Shown here piece by piece: positions 9,412 to 18,823 of a stretch of 64,000 bases of DNA (position 1 is its first letter; each line of letters opens with the position of its first letter). Origin of the DNA: a virus. Its lineage: Duplodnaviria; Caudoviricetes. The stretch lies in the IMG/VR virus record IMGVR_UViG_3300021400_000131, positions 1 to 64,000 of that record; one strand, written 5' to 3'. The notes beneath the pieces are model-generated. The model did no database searches, was not told where the DNA came from, and saw only the letters and a program-made list of their open reading frames with translations. A program made the position numbers and the translations under genes.

Positions 9412-10038
9412 CTTTGACTTCCTTCCGTTGTTGCTTTCTCTTCTGAGCTGCTGGATGCGCCACTGCGCCTCCCTGAACTCCTTCTGCTGTTCCGGCGTCT
9501 CGCCGTGGTCGAACCTCGCGTAGCACGCGGCGAGGAACGCAAGCCTGGTCGCCTGCTCGTCCCCGAACCAGTGCCACTCCGGCACTATCTCCGGCATGCC
9601 GTCATTGCCGACGCCGATGGCACCGCTCTCCACCACGCCCCTCGACCGCTCCACGAAGATGCGGCTGAGGGAGTGGAATGCGGTGTCCTTGGCGAACCTC
9701 CTGTGCTGGGTGCCGAACGGGTCTTGGTAGGGCACCTCACCGACCACGTAGATCGGGTAGTACCTAGAGAACTCGTCCACCTTCCTGCGGTCCAGCTCGG
9801 TCATCTTTCCCTTGACCTCCACGAACGTCCACCCGTCGCCGATGCCGACGAGTCCCGCCACGAGGAAGTCTGGCATGTACCACAGCCCGTTGGGGAGCTT
9901 GTAGCCTGTCGGCTCGTAGGCCCACTCAAGTCCGATAAGCTCGAACACGACCGCCCATTGCGCTTCCAGCTTCGAGCGGAACCTACAGCCGTGCCACTTA
10001 GTCTCTATGGCCTTCGGCCCGTTTCTGCCGTACTGCAT
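8824..10038 (-). CDS. PD-(D/E)XK-like nuclease fused in frame to an SSB-like domain
   Basis: N-terminal FRSKLEAQWAVVF...YEP...YMPDF...EVKG; C-terminal YDEDVPF tail; no stop between them. Confidence 0.7.
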   Translation of the reverse strand: MQYGRNGPKAIETKWHGCRFRSKLEAQWAVVFELIGLEWAYEPTGYKLPNGLWYMPDFLVAGLVGIGDGWTFVEVKGKMTELDRRKVDEFSRYYPIYVVGEVPYQDPFGTQHRRFAKDTAFHSLSRIFVERSRGVVESGAIGVGNDGMPEIVPEWHWFGDEQATRLAFLAACYARFDHGETPEQQKEFREAQWRIQQLRRESNNGRKSKMPRLSEAWNSIQESTGTFSDIEPGGYTLVITKVEPVERQQYARFYWDVAEGERKGAYSQSQWPPSDIVSWKDSVLGILKHKMHVLADSNPTFQPTVAFDNDDWQAFVGKKFGAVVRKRLYTAGPNSKNPGADREAVEIAAWLTPEQVANHDYSDALLKPRDQREQHPMGAAPSVAPVPQAFGTAPQGVYDEDVPF

Positions 10039-10046
10039 AAACCTCC

Positions 10047-10688
10047 TTAATTATCGGATATATCTTCTGTTTTATCCACAATCGGCTTCATGTTCCAGTA
10101 CTCGCGGATGAGGGTATCGACCTCCTTGAGGTCGTTGTCCATGACGTCGGGCAGCATGCCCATCGGGGACTTCGCCGTTGACGTGCCGCCGCTCTGGGTG
10201 ATGAACTGGTACTCGCTCTTGTCCACGTTCGCTAGGAGCACGATGGAGAACAGGCCCTCAAGCGTGTAGTGGTTGTCGATGAGCTTGCCGATGGTCTTGG
10301 CCTTGATGCGGTTGTCATCGCCCACCTCCGTGTGGTGCAGGAAGTAGACGATGGTGTCAGGGTCGGTGGCCGTGGCTATCGAGCGCACGAGGCCGATGAA
10401 GTTGAAACCAATGCTGTTGAATTTCTCGTAGCCAGTCTTGCGGCTGTCCATCTCCTCGAAGCTCATGAGGAACTGGCTGTCATCGATTGCGTATGCCCGC
10501 AGGTTGTTCGCCTGCAAGGTCTTGTAGATGGTCTGGTACGTGACGTTGTTGGCCGTCTTTATGTCAGTGCGGAACGGCAGCGGCTTGCCAGCGACGTTCA
10601 GGACGCCGATCTCGCCAGCCTTGAAGTTCCGCAGGGACGTTGACTTGCCGGAGCCTGAAGGCCCCATCACAAGGACCGCTACGCCCAT
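10047..10688 (-). CDS. Sak4-like / AAA_24 ATPase (phage recombinase family)
   Basis: VLVMGPSGSGKSTSLRNF, AIDDSQFLM, LEGLFSIVL, TAKSPMGM; adjacent to SSB. Confidence 0.75.
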   Translation of the reverse strand: MGVAVLVMGPSGSGKSTSLRNFKAGEIGVLNVAGKPLPFRTDIKTANNVTYQTIYKTLQANNLRAYAIDDSQFLMSFEEMDSRKTGYEKFNSIGFNFIGLVRSIATATDPDTIVYFLHHTEVGDDNRIKAKTIGKLIDNHYTLEGLFSIVLLANVDKSEYQFITQSGGTSTAKSPMGMLPDVMDNDLKEVDTLIREYWNMKPIVDKTEDISDN

Positions 10689-10711
10689 GCTTTCCTCTCC
10701 CTCTCTGTCTG

Positions 10712-11077
10712 CTAGAACCTGTACTCCCTCTCGGTGCCAGCCTTGCGGTAGTGGCCGTGGATGCCGTTCGAGCGCACGACGTGCATCCACCCCTCCATGA
10801 ACCGCTCCTCTAGCGCCATGAGGGTGATGGGGACGCCGAACTCGATGCAGCAGACCCCATCCCTGTCGGTCGGCACCTGGCGCGGGTAGTGGCGCGTGTC
10901 CACGCCCGCCCACGTGATGCCGTAGTCCGCATTGAAAACGACCGGGCAGTACTGTCGCTCGCACCAGACGCGCTCGACTGGCTCGTCAAACTCGACCCAC
11001 CAGACCAGCACCTCGTCTATGCGCCTCTGGATTGCCTCAAGCTCTCCCGGCTTCGGCTTGAGGTGGTACGTCTCCAT
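10712..11077 (-). CDS. hypothetical protein
   Basis: ORF in operon. Confidence 0.65.
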   Translation of the reverse strand: METYHLKPKPGELEAIQRRIDEVLVWWVEFDEPVERVWCERQYCPVVFNADYGITWAGVDTRHYPRQVPTDRDGVCCIEFGVPITLMALEERFMEGWMHVVRSNGIHGHYRKAGTEREYRF

Positions 11078-11078
11078 C

Positions 11079-11603
11079 TCACTCGCCTAGAAGTCCGGCG
11101 ATGAGGTCGCCCATGCCCTCGCCAAGGGCTGGCCCGAACGCCTCCGCCACCTTGTCCGCGCGGAAGCCGCCCGGCTTTCCGTTCGCCGCCACGCTCGCGG
11201 GAACCTCCGGCACCTCGTCCTCGGTCACCATGACGCCATCGAGCGTGTCGCCCGTCTCTCGCACATAACGCTCGGCAAGTTCGCCGATGTGCATCTTGAT
11301 GTAGGCGGATAGCCATTCGGCGAAGTCCTCGTTGTCATCGGCTAGGATGGCGTCGTAGTCGTAGGCGGTCACGGTGCGCTCTATGCGTGCTGGCTCGCCC
11401 TTCTTCTCGTCGAACGTGTAGCGCCCCACCTTCTCGCCGTTCACGATGATGTCGTGGCCGCGCTTGCCGTCAAGCTCGTAGAGCGTGCGGTAGTAGTCGT
11501 TGACCTGATCTCGCAGGTTCCCAGTCACGCCCGTCTTGGTGGCCTTGTCGACAAGCTGCTTCAGCGCCCATGCTGCGGCGAACTCGTCGACAACGTTAGG
11601 CAT
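11079..11603 (-). CDS. hypothetical protein
   Basis: ORF in operon, GGAGG upstream. Confidence 0.7.
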   Translation of the reverse strand: MPNVVDEFAAAWALKQLVDKATKTGVTGNLRDQVNDYYRTLYELDGKRGHDIIVNGEKVGRYTFDEKKGEPARIERTVTAYDYDAILADDNEDFAEWLSAYIKMHIGELAERYVRETGDTLDGVMVTEDEVPEVPASVAANGKPGGFRADKVAEAFGPALGEGMGDLIAGLLGE

Positions 11604-12006
11604 CGATGACCTCCCCAGTCTGCGTGTCGATGACGCCGATGCCGTCGTTCATGGGCAGCGGCATCTGCTCGGGGTATATCTGGATGAGCACGGGTTCCTC
11701 GATGTACGGCTCCACCTGCGCCAGCGTCTTGCCGCGCACCTCCACGGTGAGCTTCGCGCCCTTCTTGTCGAGCGTGCCCTTGGTGACGATGGCCTTGGCC
11801 TCGACCATCGGCGGGCAGCTCTCGTGGCTGCTGCGCCACTCGTACATCTCCGCGAGCTGCACCCCGAAGTCGAGGTAGCGGTTGTACTCGTCGAGGTCGA
11901 ACCCATGGTGGTCGGCCCACTCCTCGGTCCCGCTGAACGTGCCGTCAGTCAGCAGCGCCTCGCGGATGGTCGCGGCAGTCTCGGCACTAAGAAACTTCTC
12001 CTTCAT
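11596..12006 (-). CDS. hypothetical protein
   Basis: AGGAGAGG RBS. Confidence 0.7.
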   Translation of the reverse strand: MKEKFLSAETAATIREALLTDGTFSGTEEWADHHGFDLDEYNRYLDFGVQLAEMYEWRSSHESCPPMVEAKAIVTKGTLDKKGAKLTVEVRGKTLAQVEPYIEEPVLIQIYPEQMPLPMNDGIGVIDTQTGEVIDA

Positions 12007-12076
12007 GTTCCTCTCCTTCTCTAATAGAAATGGCCCCTATGGGCCACTCGGTAATTCGACTGCTATGTGTTATTAC

Positions 12077-12541
12077 TTACTCCTCTTTCTCTGCAACAAT
12101 AATGCCATTGAGAGAATGACTAATGCGCAGCTCCATGCCCATGCTATCAAGGTGGTTGCCAATCACATCTTTTAGAGCGAGTAGGTCGTGACCAGACGGT
12201 GCAACATCCCCACCGCTTGTCATTATCTTGTAAATTAGGTCGTTCTCCTTGAGGTACAACGTCGTGGTGTTCACAAACACTCCCCCAAGCAGAATTAGCG
12301 CATCTCTCACGGCCAATGCTTCTCCCTTATTGACCTTCGATGTCCTCTTTTCAGTTTTGCACCTCAGAACCAATGCCTGAAAGCCCTTTGGCGTATCTAC
12401 CCAGATATACTTCTTGGAGATTGTTACACCCACGGTCAGCCCTGCCAGCATAAGCGCGACCGTCTTTGGTGTCAGCCAGTCACCTTCTAGAGTGTCTGCT
12501 TTTTCCTCAACCTTGTTTGGCTCTCTCTTCTCAATCTTCAC
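12077..12541 (-). CDS. hypothetical protein, low-GC insert
   Basis: ORF with visibly AT-richer codons; 4-bp overlap with the upstream gene. Confidence 0.6.
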   Translation of the reverse strand: MKIEKREPNKVEEKADTLEGDWLTPKTVALMLAGLTVGVTISKKYIWVDTPKGFQALVLRCKTEKRTSKVNKGEALAVRDALILLGGVFVNTTTLYLKENDLIYKIMTSGGDVAPSGHDLLALKDVIGNHLDSMGMELRISHSLNGIIVAEKEE

Positions 12542-13371
12542 TTCACGTCACCTGCGATCTGTCGAAGAATCGAAACGCTGCTCTTCTTGGCTGACGGTGT
12601 ATCGAATACGACCTTCGCGCACCCAGTGCCAGAGAGGATGAGGTATACGACATCAATGAAGGTTATCTGCGTCCCATCTCCTTTGATATGGAACACGGGC
12701 TTTCTTTCGCACTTTTCGGACAGGTCAGCAATGCTTTCAATGTCTCTTGCTACGGCGCTGATTCTCGTCGCTATGGCCTCAGCGACATACCTACTGTCCT
12801 TCTCAGGGTCGATGTATGTTCCTCGGCCATCCCCTATCCCAACACCACCAGCCTTTTGCACGGCCTTCCTTACGCCGTCCGTTATCTCGCTCTTCATTGA
12901 CTTCGGGAAATCTTTGCCAAACTTGTGCACTATGTCAGGCACCGACACGGTTCCGTCTTTGCGCAGCTTGTCTCGCGCAGCGGCCTTGCAGTCATTCATC
13001 GCATCATGCATCGCTGCACGTTGACCTGGCACATATATCTTTTGCCTGTAAATGTTGTCAATGGTTTGACCATCAGAGCACATGTCGATGTACTTCATGC
13101 GCTCATTGTCATCAATGCTTGCGAGCCATTCTGCCGCAAGCTTGCGGTACTTACCCTTGATAAGCTCAGCGCTGCCGCAGACTTCATAAGCCCTGATGAG
13201 TGCATACGCCTCATACTTAGCAAACATAATCGACTTCTCATGAAACATGTCAGCAGCTCGCAGAGCCTCCTTGATGGTGTCAAGCTTGAAGAGCAACTTT
13301 CGTATGTCTTGCTCACTGGTAGCGCAATCAAGCTCATCCATAAAAGCATCGGCCTTTATGATTTCATTCAT
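12538..13371 (-). CDS. hypothetical helical protein, low-GC insert
   Basis: GAGGAGG RBS; 277 aa; AT-richer than flanks. Confidence 0.7.
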   Translation of the reverse strand: MNEIIKADAFMDELDCATSEQDIRKLLFKLDTIKEALRAADMFHEKSIMFAKYEAYALIRAYEVCGSAELIKGKYRKLAAEWLASIDDNERMKYIDMCSDGQTIDNIYRQKIYVPGQRAAMHDAMNDCKAAARDKLRKDGTVSVPDIVHKFGKDFPKSMKSEITDGVRKAVQKAGGVGIGDGRGTYIDPEKDSRYVAEAIATRISAVARDIESIADLSEKCERKPVFHIKGDGTQITFIDVVYLILSGTGCAKVVFDTPSAKKSSVSILRQIAGDVK

Positions 13372-13679
13372 ACAGTCCTCCTCTCCTCAGCATCGAGCCT
13401 CCTTCCGCACATCGGACACACCTTCGGGTGGAACATCACCGTCGCTGGAAGCGTGTACTTGCCTGCCCTGTCATCGTCAATCAGGACCAGCAACGACCAC
13501 TCGTTGTCCTCGAAGTCGAACCAGAGGTTGACGCGGCCCTGCGAGTGGTGAACGAGGTCATCGTCATTGGTGAACGCCCACTCACCCACAAGAACGCCGC
13601 CCTCAAGCTCGCCACCATTGCGGGCAACGGCAGCGTCTAGGTCACAGAACTCGCAGCTCACTCTTCGTCCTGCTTCCAT
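13368..13679 (-). CDS. zinc-ribbon protein
   Basis: CEFC...CPMCGRRL. Confidence 0.65.
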   Translation of the reverse strand: MEAGRRVSCEFCDLDAAVARNGGELEGGVLVGEWAFTNDDDLVHHSQGRVNLWFDFEDNEWSLLVLIDDDRAGKYTLPATVMFHPKVCPMCGRRLDAEERRTV

Positions 13680-13969
13680 GCGTACTCGACGCCAGTGACG
13701 GTGTAGGTGGGCTTGCTGTAACAGTTGCCGTCACCACTGTCCTCGACGTGCTTCTTCTCGTGGATGATTGCCTTGATTGCGACGCAGCGCCCATAGCACT
13801 TCGGGCAAAGGTCAAGCTCACGCTTCTCGTAGCCAAACATGTGCGACTCAGTGGTGTGCGTCTCGACCAAAACCTCGTGACGCCAGCGGTTCTCTCCATT
13901 GAAGTGCTCGCCAAAGTCTCGCTCCGCGCCGCACATGTCGCACTTGACATGAATGATGTTCTGTTGCAT
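13658..13969 (-). CDS. zinc-binding hypothetical protein
   Basis: KCDMCG...DLCPKC. Confidence 0.65.
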   Translation of the reverse strand: MQQNIIHVKCDMCGAERDFGEHFNGENRWRHEVLVETHTTESHMFGYEKRELDLCPKCYGRCVAIKAIIHEKKHVEDSGDGNCYSKPTYTVTGVEYAWKQDEE

Positions 13970-13971
13970 CT

Positions 13972-14652
13972 CTACTCCCAAAGCTTGATTGACAGCGTTC
14001 CGTCATCGAGGTCGATGCCGTGCTCCTTGAGCTTCTCCAACTGCTCCTGCATCTGCTCGTGCTCGTCGATGATGCGTGCAAGCTCATGCACGTCACCATC
14101 CCAGAAGCACTCGCCTTCCAGCTTCAACTCCAAGTTTCCGTTGACTTGCAGGTAGGCGCTGACCGAGTGGATGTTGCCAGTCTTTTTCAGGTAGTTGCAA
14201 CCGCTACTCTCAGCACGCTCATACACGTGGCCGTACATCCAGAGGTAGTCGCCATCTCCGTCCTCGACCTCGTGATCGTCAATCTTGGACGTGTCCCAGC
14301 GCGTGCGGTAGTACTTGCCCCACTCGTCTAGCGTCATGTCCCAGAAGGGCGACTCTCGGAACTCATCGAAGGTGTACTCCTTAGACCATTCGCAACCACT
14401 CCGAATGGAGCGCCATCCGTTCTCGTGAATCTCGGTTATGACATCATCCTGAACGACAACGGTAACGGTGTCGGAATAGGTGCTAGGGATGACCCTAAGC
14501 ATCCTTGCTGATACCTCGCCAACCTCCTTTCCACCCATGTTGCGGTACTCGATATTGCCGTCTGACTTGCCGCAGGTGTCGTAGGCGAGCTTGAGGTCAC
14601 GAACGTTCTTTGGGTCTGGCTTGGGCTTTGGCTTCGTGGTATTCGGAAACAT
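13972..14652 (-). CDS. hypothetical protein
   Basis: 226-aa ORF in operon. Confidence 0.65.
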   Translation of the reverse strand: MFPNTTKPKPKPDPKNVRDLKLAYDTCGKSDGNIEYRNMGGKEVGEVSARMLRVIPSTYSDTVTVVVQDDVITEIHENGWRSIRSGCEWSKEYTFDEFRESPFWDMTLDEWGKYYRTRWDTSKIDDHEVEDGDGDYLWMYGHVYERAESSGCNYLKKTGNIHSVSAYLQVNGNLELKLEGECFWDGDVHELARIIDEHEQMQEQLEKLKEHGIDLDDGTLSIKLWE

Positions 14653-14654
14653 CC

Positions 14655-15017
14655 CTAGTCACCGTCCCATACGCCATCGGGACGCATCCTCGCAAACGCG
14701 AGGAGCTGCATCAACGGTCGCTTTGCGTTGCCCTCGGTCGCATCCCAATAGTCATCGCTCGTCTCGTCACCAAGGGCGGCAATGGCCTTCTCAAGTACGG
14801 GGATGGACTCTGCGCCGGACATGCCATAGATTGTGCGGATGCCATTCTCGCCCAGCACGTCATCGCGTCGATAGAACTTGCCGTAGTTGTAGGTGACGTT
14901 GAGCCAGCATTCCGTGGTACCGCCGACTGCATAGGTGCCGCCGCGCATGAAGTGCGACTCATTAAGCTCTATCGGCGTGTTGTCAATGTGGTCGTTGAGG
15001 TAGATGTCGTAGCTCAC
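14655..15017 (-). CDS. conserved phage hypothetical protein
   Basis: MSYDIYL...WLNVTYNY...YW.AT.GNA. Confidence 0.7.
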   Translation of the reverse strand: MSYDIYLNDHIDNTPIELNESHFMRGGTYAVGGTTECWLNVTYNYGKFYRRDDVLGENGIRTIYGMSGAESIPVLEKAIAALGDETSDDYWDATEGNAKRPLMQLLAFARMRPDGVWDGD

Positions 15018-15364
15018 TCGGCATCACGCTCCTCGCGCAGCTCGTCAAGCACCTCGCGCCACTTCTTCTTGCGACTACCACGCATCGCCATGAGCAGCGC
15101 GGCCTCGTCAACGACCTCCTGTGCGTGACGCTCCATCCACTTGTCCATGTAGTCGCTGACGTACTTGTGCCAGTTGACCTTCGGCTTGCCATACTTGTCG
15201 TTGCCGTATGGGCCGTATCCGTAGTCTCGCGGCAGCGCCTCGGCGATGCCCTGCCTGACCACGGAATCGACAACCTTGGCTACCTCGTCGCGCCCAAGCT
15301 CGGCGATCTGCCTTTCGATGGGCGACGTGTCGAAGCAGAACGGAATCGTTACGTCGTGAATCAT
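15014..15364 (-). CDS. hypothetical protein
   Basis: TAGGAGG RBS then MIHDVTIPF. Confidence 0.65.
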   Translation of the reverse strand: MIHDVTIPFCFDTSPIERQIAELGRDEVAKVVDSVVRQGIAEALPRDYGYGPYGNDKYGKPKVNWHKYVSDYMDKWMERHAQEVVDEAALLMAMRGSRKKKWREVLDELREERDAE

Positions 15365-15372
15365 GTCCCCTC

Positions 15373-15669
15373 CTAAAAAGAAAGGGCCGTCTGGCCCTCT
15401 TCCTTCTTCTTCCTTCTTGTTTCCGCATGGTGCTTGGCGTCGTATTTGAGGTGGCATCGAGCGCATCCGGCCATAAGGTTCTCTGGTCTGCAATCCTCTG
15501 GCGTGTGATTCAGGTGCATCACCGTGAGGATGCGTCCGTGGTCCTCGACCTTCTCGCCAGGTCGATAGCACTGAATGCCACATATCTGGCACTTCCAGTC
15601 TGCGGCATCCTTCACCCTGAACGCTATTTCGTTCCAGTTCTTCGGGTAGCGCTTCCTATCCATCGGCAT
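15373..15669 (-). CDS. HNH endonuclease
   Basis: WKCQICG...LTVMHLNH.PEDCRPENL...CARCHLKYD. Confidence 0.8.
   Translation of the reverse strand: MPMDRKRYPKNWNEIAFRVKDAADWKCQICGIQCYRPGEKVEDHGRILTVMHLNHTPEDCRPENLMAGCARCHLKYDAKHHAETRRKKKEEGQTALSF
15375..15397 (-). terminator. possible intrinsic terminator
   Basis: GGGCC-agac-GGCCC-TTTCTTTTT on minus strand, overlapping the HNH gene end. Confidence 0.35.
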
Positions 15670-15847
15670 CGGCGTCATCCTCCAACATGCAAATGAGGTC
15701 ATCAGCGAGGTTGGCTAGGTTGCTCTTGGCATTCAGCAGCTCTTGCTTGACCTTGCCATCGGTGAACGCCGCCAGAACCTCTAGCTTTCCCTCAATCCAG
15801 CCGACCGTGAGAACCATGTCTGGGATGCCGCGCTTGTCGTTAATCAT
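15656..15847 (-). CDS. hypothetical protein
   Basis: ORF in operon. Confidence 0.55.
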   Translation of the reverse strand: MINDKRGIPDMVLTVGWIEGKLEVLAAFTDGKVKQELLNAKSNLANLADDLICMLEDDADADG

Positions 15848-15857
15848 TGTCACTCCC

Positions 15858-16085
15858 CTAGAACGGCAAGTTTTCGGGTAGCAGCTTCTCACCACAGAAC
15901 GGGCAGTAGCTAATCGTGGTGATGCTCATGCCCACGTAGCATGACGGGTCGCCATCCCAGTCCGGCTGGAAGTCAATCAGCGTCCATTTGCCGACGCGCT
16001 CGTAATTGCGGATGGACATGTATGCCTTCAGCGAACCCTCGCAACGGTGCGTGATGTAGTTGCCGCGCCAATCATTGCCAGCCAT
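15858..16085 (-). CDS. zinc-ribbon protein
   Basis: HRC...ISYCPFCGEKL; GGAGG RBS. Confidence 0.65.
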   Translation of the reverse strand: MAGNDWRGNYITHRCEGSLKAYMSIRNYERVGKWTLIDFQPDWDGDPSCYVGMSITTISYCPFCGEKLLPENLPF

Positions 16086-16282
16086 CAGCCGACCCTCCTG
16101 TTCCATACGGCAACGACGTTGCGTTCGCCATACTCGTACACGTGGTAGTCGGTCTTGACGTGGCACTTGGAGCACTCGACCTTGCTATGGCTCGGCTCGT
16201 CGCTGATATAGAGGTGCTTAATGCGTGCCTTGCCACCACAGAACGGGCAGGGAAGCAACACCTTGCTCTCAGTCACAGCCAT
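16085..16282 (-). CDS. Lar-family restriction alleviation protein
   Basis: LLPCPFCGGKA...VECSKC...WNRR. Confidence 0.75.
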   Translation of the reverse strand: MAVTESKVLLPCPFCGGKARIKHLYISDEPSHSKVECSKCHVKTDYHVYEYGERNVVAVWNRRVG

Positions 16283-16728
16283 GCCCTGACCACCACCCAC
16301 CTGCTCCAAGGCAGCGACTCCGTGATTGCACGTGCGATGGTGTCGGCGAAGTCTCCCATGTCAACCTCGACGCCACAGAAGTCGGAAAGCACGTCGCTTG
16401 GGATGTCGTTGAGTCCCAACTTGCCACTCATGCCATGTTCGACCGCACAATCCCACCACGACTCGAACAGGGCCTCGGACACCTCGCACACAACCTCGTC
16501 CTCGTCGTTGTAAATCTTGTCGAACTGAACCATGCCATCGCAGAACTCGCCGAACAGCAGCCAATCGACGCTGGCCTCAACGCCCTCGTGGTAGTACCAA
16601 GAGTAATCGTCTGGCCCGTTCTCGGTAATCATGATGACGGGCAGATCGGGGTTCTGCTCAAGCACATTGCGCACTTGTTCGGCGTTCTTGCGGCCAAGCT
16701 CAATCGTTCGCTTTATACTCCTTGCCAT
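16273..16728 (-). CDS. acidic hypothetical protein
   Basis: ORF in operon. Confidence 0.65.
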   Translation of the reverse strand: MARSIKRTIELGRKNAEQVRNVLEQNPDLPVIMITENGPDDYSWYYHEGVEASVDWLLFGEFCDGMVQFDKIYNDEDEVVCEVSEALFESWWDCAVEHGMSGKLGLNDIPSDVLSDFCGVEVDMGDFADTIARAITESLPWSRWVVVRAWL

Positions 16729-16734
16729 CACCAA

Positions 16735-16953
16735 TCACCCCTCGAACAGCTCCTCATACGTGCAGCCAAGCACCGACTTCAAACGGCGAAGCATGATGTA
16801 CGACGGCTCTGACTTCGCATTGGCCCAGCGATACACCGTCTGTGACCTGTCAAGGCCCAAAAGCCGAGAGAGCGTGGACTGGTTAAGCCCGCGCTCCTTC
16901 ATCAGCCGTGACAGCCGCGTGGCGAACGCGCCAACAGGCTCGTCCTGCGTCAC
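16735..16953 (-). CDS. XRE-family HTH regulator
   Basis: LMKERGLNQSTLSRLLGLDRSQTVYRWANAKSEP. Confidence 0.8.
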   Translation of the reverse strand: MTQDEPVGAFATRLSRLMKERGLNQSTLSRLLGLDRSQTVYRWANAKSEPSYIMLRRLKSVLGCTYEELFEG

Positions 16954-17210
16954 GCTTGGTCACCGCCAGCATCTTCGAGAACCTTGCGCAAGCCCTCAGC
17001 GTAGTCGCTCAGCGACGTCATCGCGCCAGCCGTGTCGAGCTTCCCGTCGAACGCCGACGATGCGGCGTCAGCAAGGTTGCGAACGCCGTCCCAGTAGGCG
17101 AGCGTTGCGATGTTGATTACGGGGTCATCGTCAGGGTCGATTGCCTTCCTGCCCTCGGCTGCGAGCACCTGTGCCGCGATGATTACGGCAAGGGAGTCGC
17201 TTGCGCTCAT
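16950..17210 (-). CDS. hypothetical protein
   Basis: ORF in operon. Confidence 0.55.
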   Translation of the reverse strand: MSASDSLAVIIAAQVLAAEGRKAIDPDDDPVINIATLAYWDGVRNLADAASSAFDGKLDTAGAMTSLSDYAEGLRKVLEDAGGDQA

Positions 17211-17464
17211 TCGATCACCCCGCAGAGCCTCAGCGCCTCCTCGGCGGTTTCCACCCACGCCTTGCGGGTGTAGCGGACGCACATCTTGCCGTCATACGTC
17301 TGGCTCGGGAAGGCCCAGCAGTCGCCATCGAGGTTGCGGAAGTTCACGATGGGCGTGCCCTCTCCGCGCTGCTCCCACTCGATGCCAGCCTTGTCCAGCA
17401 TCTCCTTTAGCTTCTCCATCTCGGCATCGCCGAGCTTGCGGGCGTTAACGTCCACCACCATCAC
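17207..17464 (-). CDS. hypothetical protein
   Basis: ORF, 4-bp overlaps. Confidence 0.6.
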   Translation of the reverse strand: MMVVDVNARKLGDAEMEKLKEMLDKAGIEWEQRGEGTPIVNFRNLDGDCWAFPSQTYDGKMCVRYTRKAWVETAEEALRLCGVIE

Positions 17465-18174
17465 AGCTCACCCCTGTCAAGAAGCTCGCGCAGCAGGGAG
17501 CGCGTGCGCTCGTGCCGCTCGTCCGGGCTTCCGTCATTGACCAGCGGAAGCGGCTCCTGCGGCAGCTCATCGCCCTCGCCCTCTCCGCCATGCATCTCGT
17601 GGCAGACGATGGCGTCCATCGTGTCGCCGCAGTCGAGCGCGTCTGCGGTGGCGTTGAGCGCGTCTGCCAGCACGCGGCACTCGTCCGCGTCGGCTACGCT
17701 GTCAGCGAGGTACGCGATCACATCGTCCCACGCCTCGGTGCGGACGCGGTTGCGCCCGACCTTGCGCAGGGCGCACGTCATGACGCCGCGCATCGGCTCG
17801 TACTCGTCGCAGCCCGCCGCCTTGGAGACGGTCTTGGAATTATCCGACCACAGAACGATTGTCGCAGGGTCGTTTAGAATCACACGCTCGGGCTTAGGTG
17901 CATCGCATCCCATATCGACACCAAGCCTCTTTGCCGCCAGCTTGAACGCGCTGCCAAGGTATTCCGGGTCGAACCCGCCGACTCCGCAGAGGTGAATAGT
18001 AACGTCTGTGTTCCCGATAGTCGGGAAGAGCGCAGTGCCGTCAGTGAAGGTGGAGCCAATGCTATAGTCACATTCGATATTCACGGAAAATGGCCTCTGA
18101 TACTCGCCAATAAGAATCTTCTTGTCCTTCGTCAATTCAGTTCCTCCATTCCCCACGCCGGAGCGCCAAAGCAC
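17461..18174 (-). CDS. conserved phage hypothetical protein
   Basis: PERVILNDPATIVLWSDNSKTV motif common in phages; start uncertain. Confidence 0.65.
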   Translation of the reverse strand: MLWRSGVGNGGTELTKDKKILIGEYQRPFSVNIECDYSIGSTFTDGTALFPTIGNTDVTIHLCGVGGFDPEYLGSAFKLAAKRLGVDMGCDAPKPERVILNDPATIVLWSDNSKTVSKAAGCDEYEPMRGVMTCALRKVGRNRVRTEAWDDVIAYLADSVADADECRVLADALNATADALDCGDTMDAIVCHEMHGGEGEGDELPQEPLPLVNDGSPDERHERTRSLLRELLDRGEL

Positions 18175-18596
18175 AGCCAGCAGAAGTCAAGCAGGGTCAT
18201 GCACAGCCAGTCGTGCTCGTCGCTGGCATGGAGTGGCAGCTTCTCGGTGACTGCATTGAGCGCGAGCCACGTGCCGCCCTGCATCCACACCTCGGACCGC
18301 ATGACGTTCTGGTTGTAGTGGTTCACGACGAGGATGCCGCAGTCAGCGCCCGAGTTCCCTGTCTCCTTGACGGTCTGCTCTCGGAAGTCGAGCATCTTTT
18401 TTTCGTTCGGGTACGACTTGTTCCACTTGGCCTCGACGCAGATAGTCAGGTCATCGACGCTCAGGCGGATGTCACCGTGGTCCTTATCGCCGTGGAGCAC
18501 GACGCGCTCGCAGCACTTGATACCGTTCCAGTCGTTGAACACGTCAACCAGCGCAGTCTCGTACCTGGTCCCCTTAACCTTGGACGGGTTTGCCAT
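18132..18596 (-). CDS. Holliday junction resolvase (PD-(D/E)XK type)
   Basis: MANPSKVKGTRYE...GDKDHGDI...VEAK. Confidence 0.75.
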   Translation of the reverse strand: MANPSKVKGTRYETALVDVFNDWNGIKCCERVVLHGDKDHGDIRLSVDDLTICVEAKWNKSYPNEKKMLDFREQTVKETGNSGADCGILVVNHYNQNVMRSEVWMQGGTWLALNAVTEKLPLHASDEHDWLCMTLLDFCWLCFGAPAWGMEELN

Positions 18597-18823
18597 TAGC
18601 GGTCCGTCCTCTTGAGGTAGAGGTGCTTGTCGCGCATGTACACCTTGACTGGAAGCTTCGCTGCCACAATTGCGTGGCGCAGCGCGTTGTAGGCGCTTGC
18701 CAACTTCTGGCTGAAGTCGGTGACTTCGGCGCACTCTATGCTGCTCTCATAGAACTCGGTTATGATGTCTTTCCAACAGCTGCGTGAGCCGACTGTGGAA
18801 GGCTTTGCCTCAACCAGCTTCAT
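18596..18823 (-). CDS. small basic hypothetical protein
   Basis: GAGG RBS then MKLVEAK. Confidence 0.6.
   Translation of the reverse strand: MKLVEAKPSTVGSRSCWKDIITEFYESSIECAEVTDFSQKLASAYNALRHAIVAAKLPVKVYMRDKHLYLKRTDR

Noticed and set aside
10047-10688. ParA partition ATPase to pair with the palindrome array
   Set aside because: Walker A is GPSGSGKS rather than the deviant KGGxGKT, and the context (SSB, nuclease) fits Sak4
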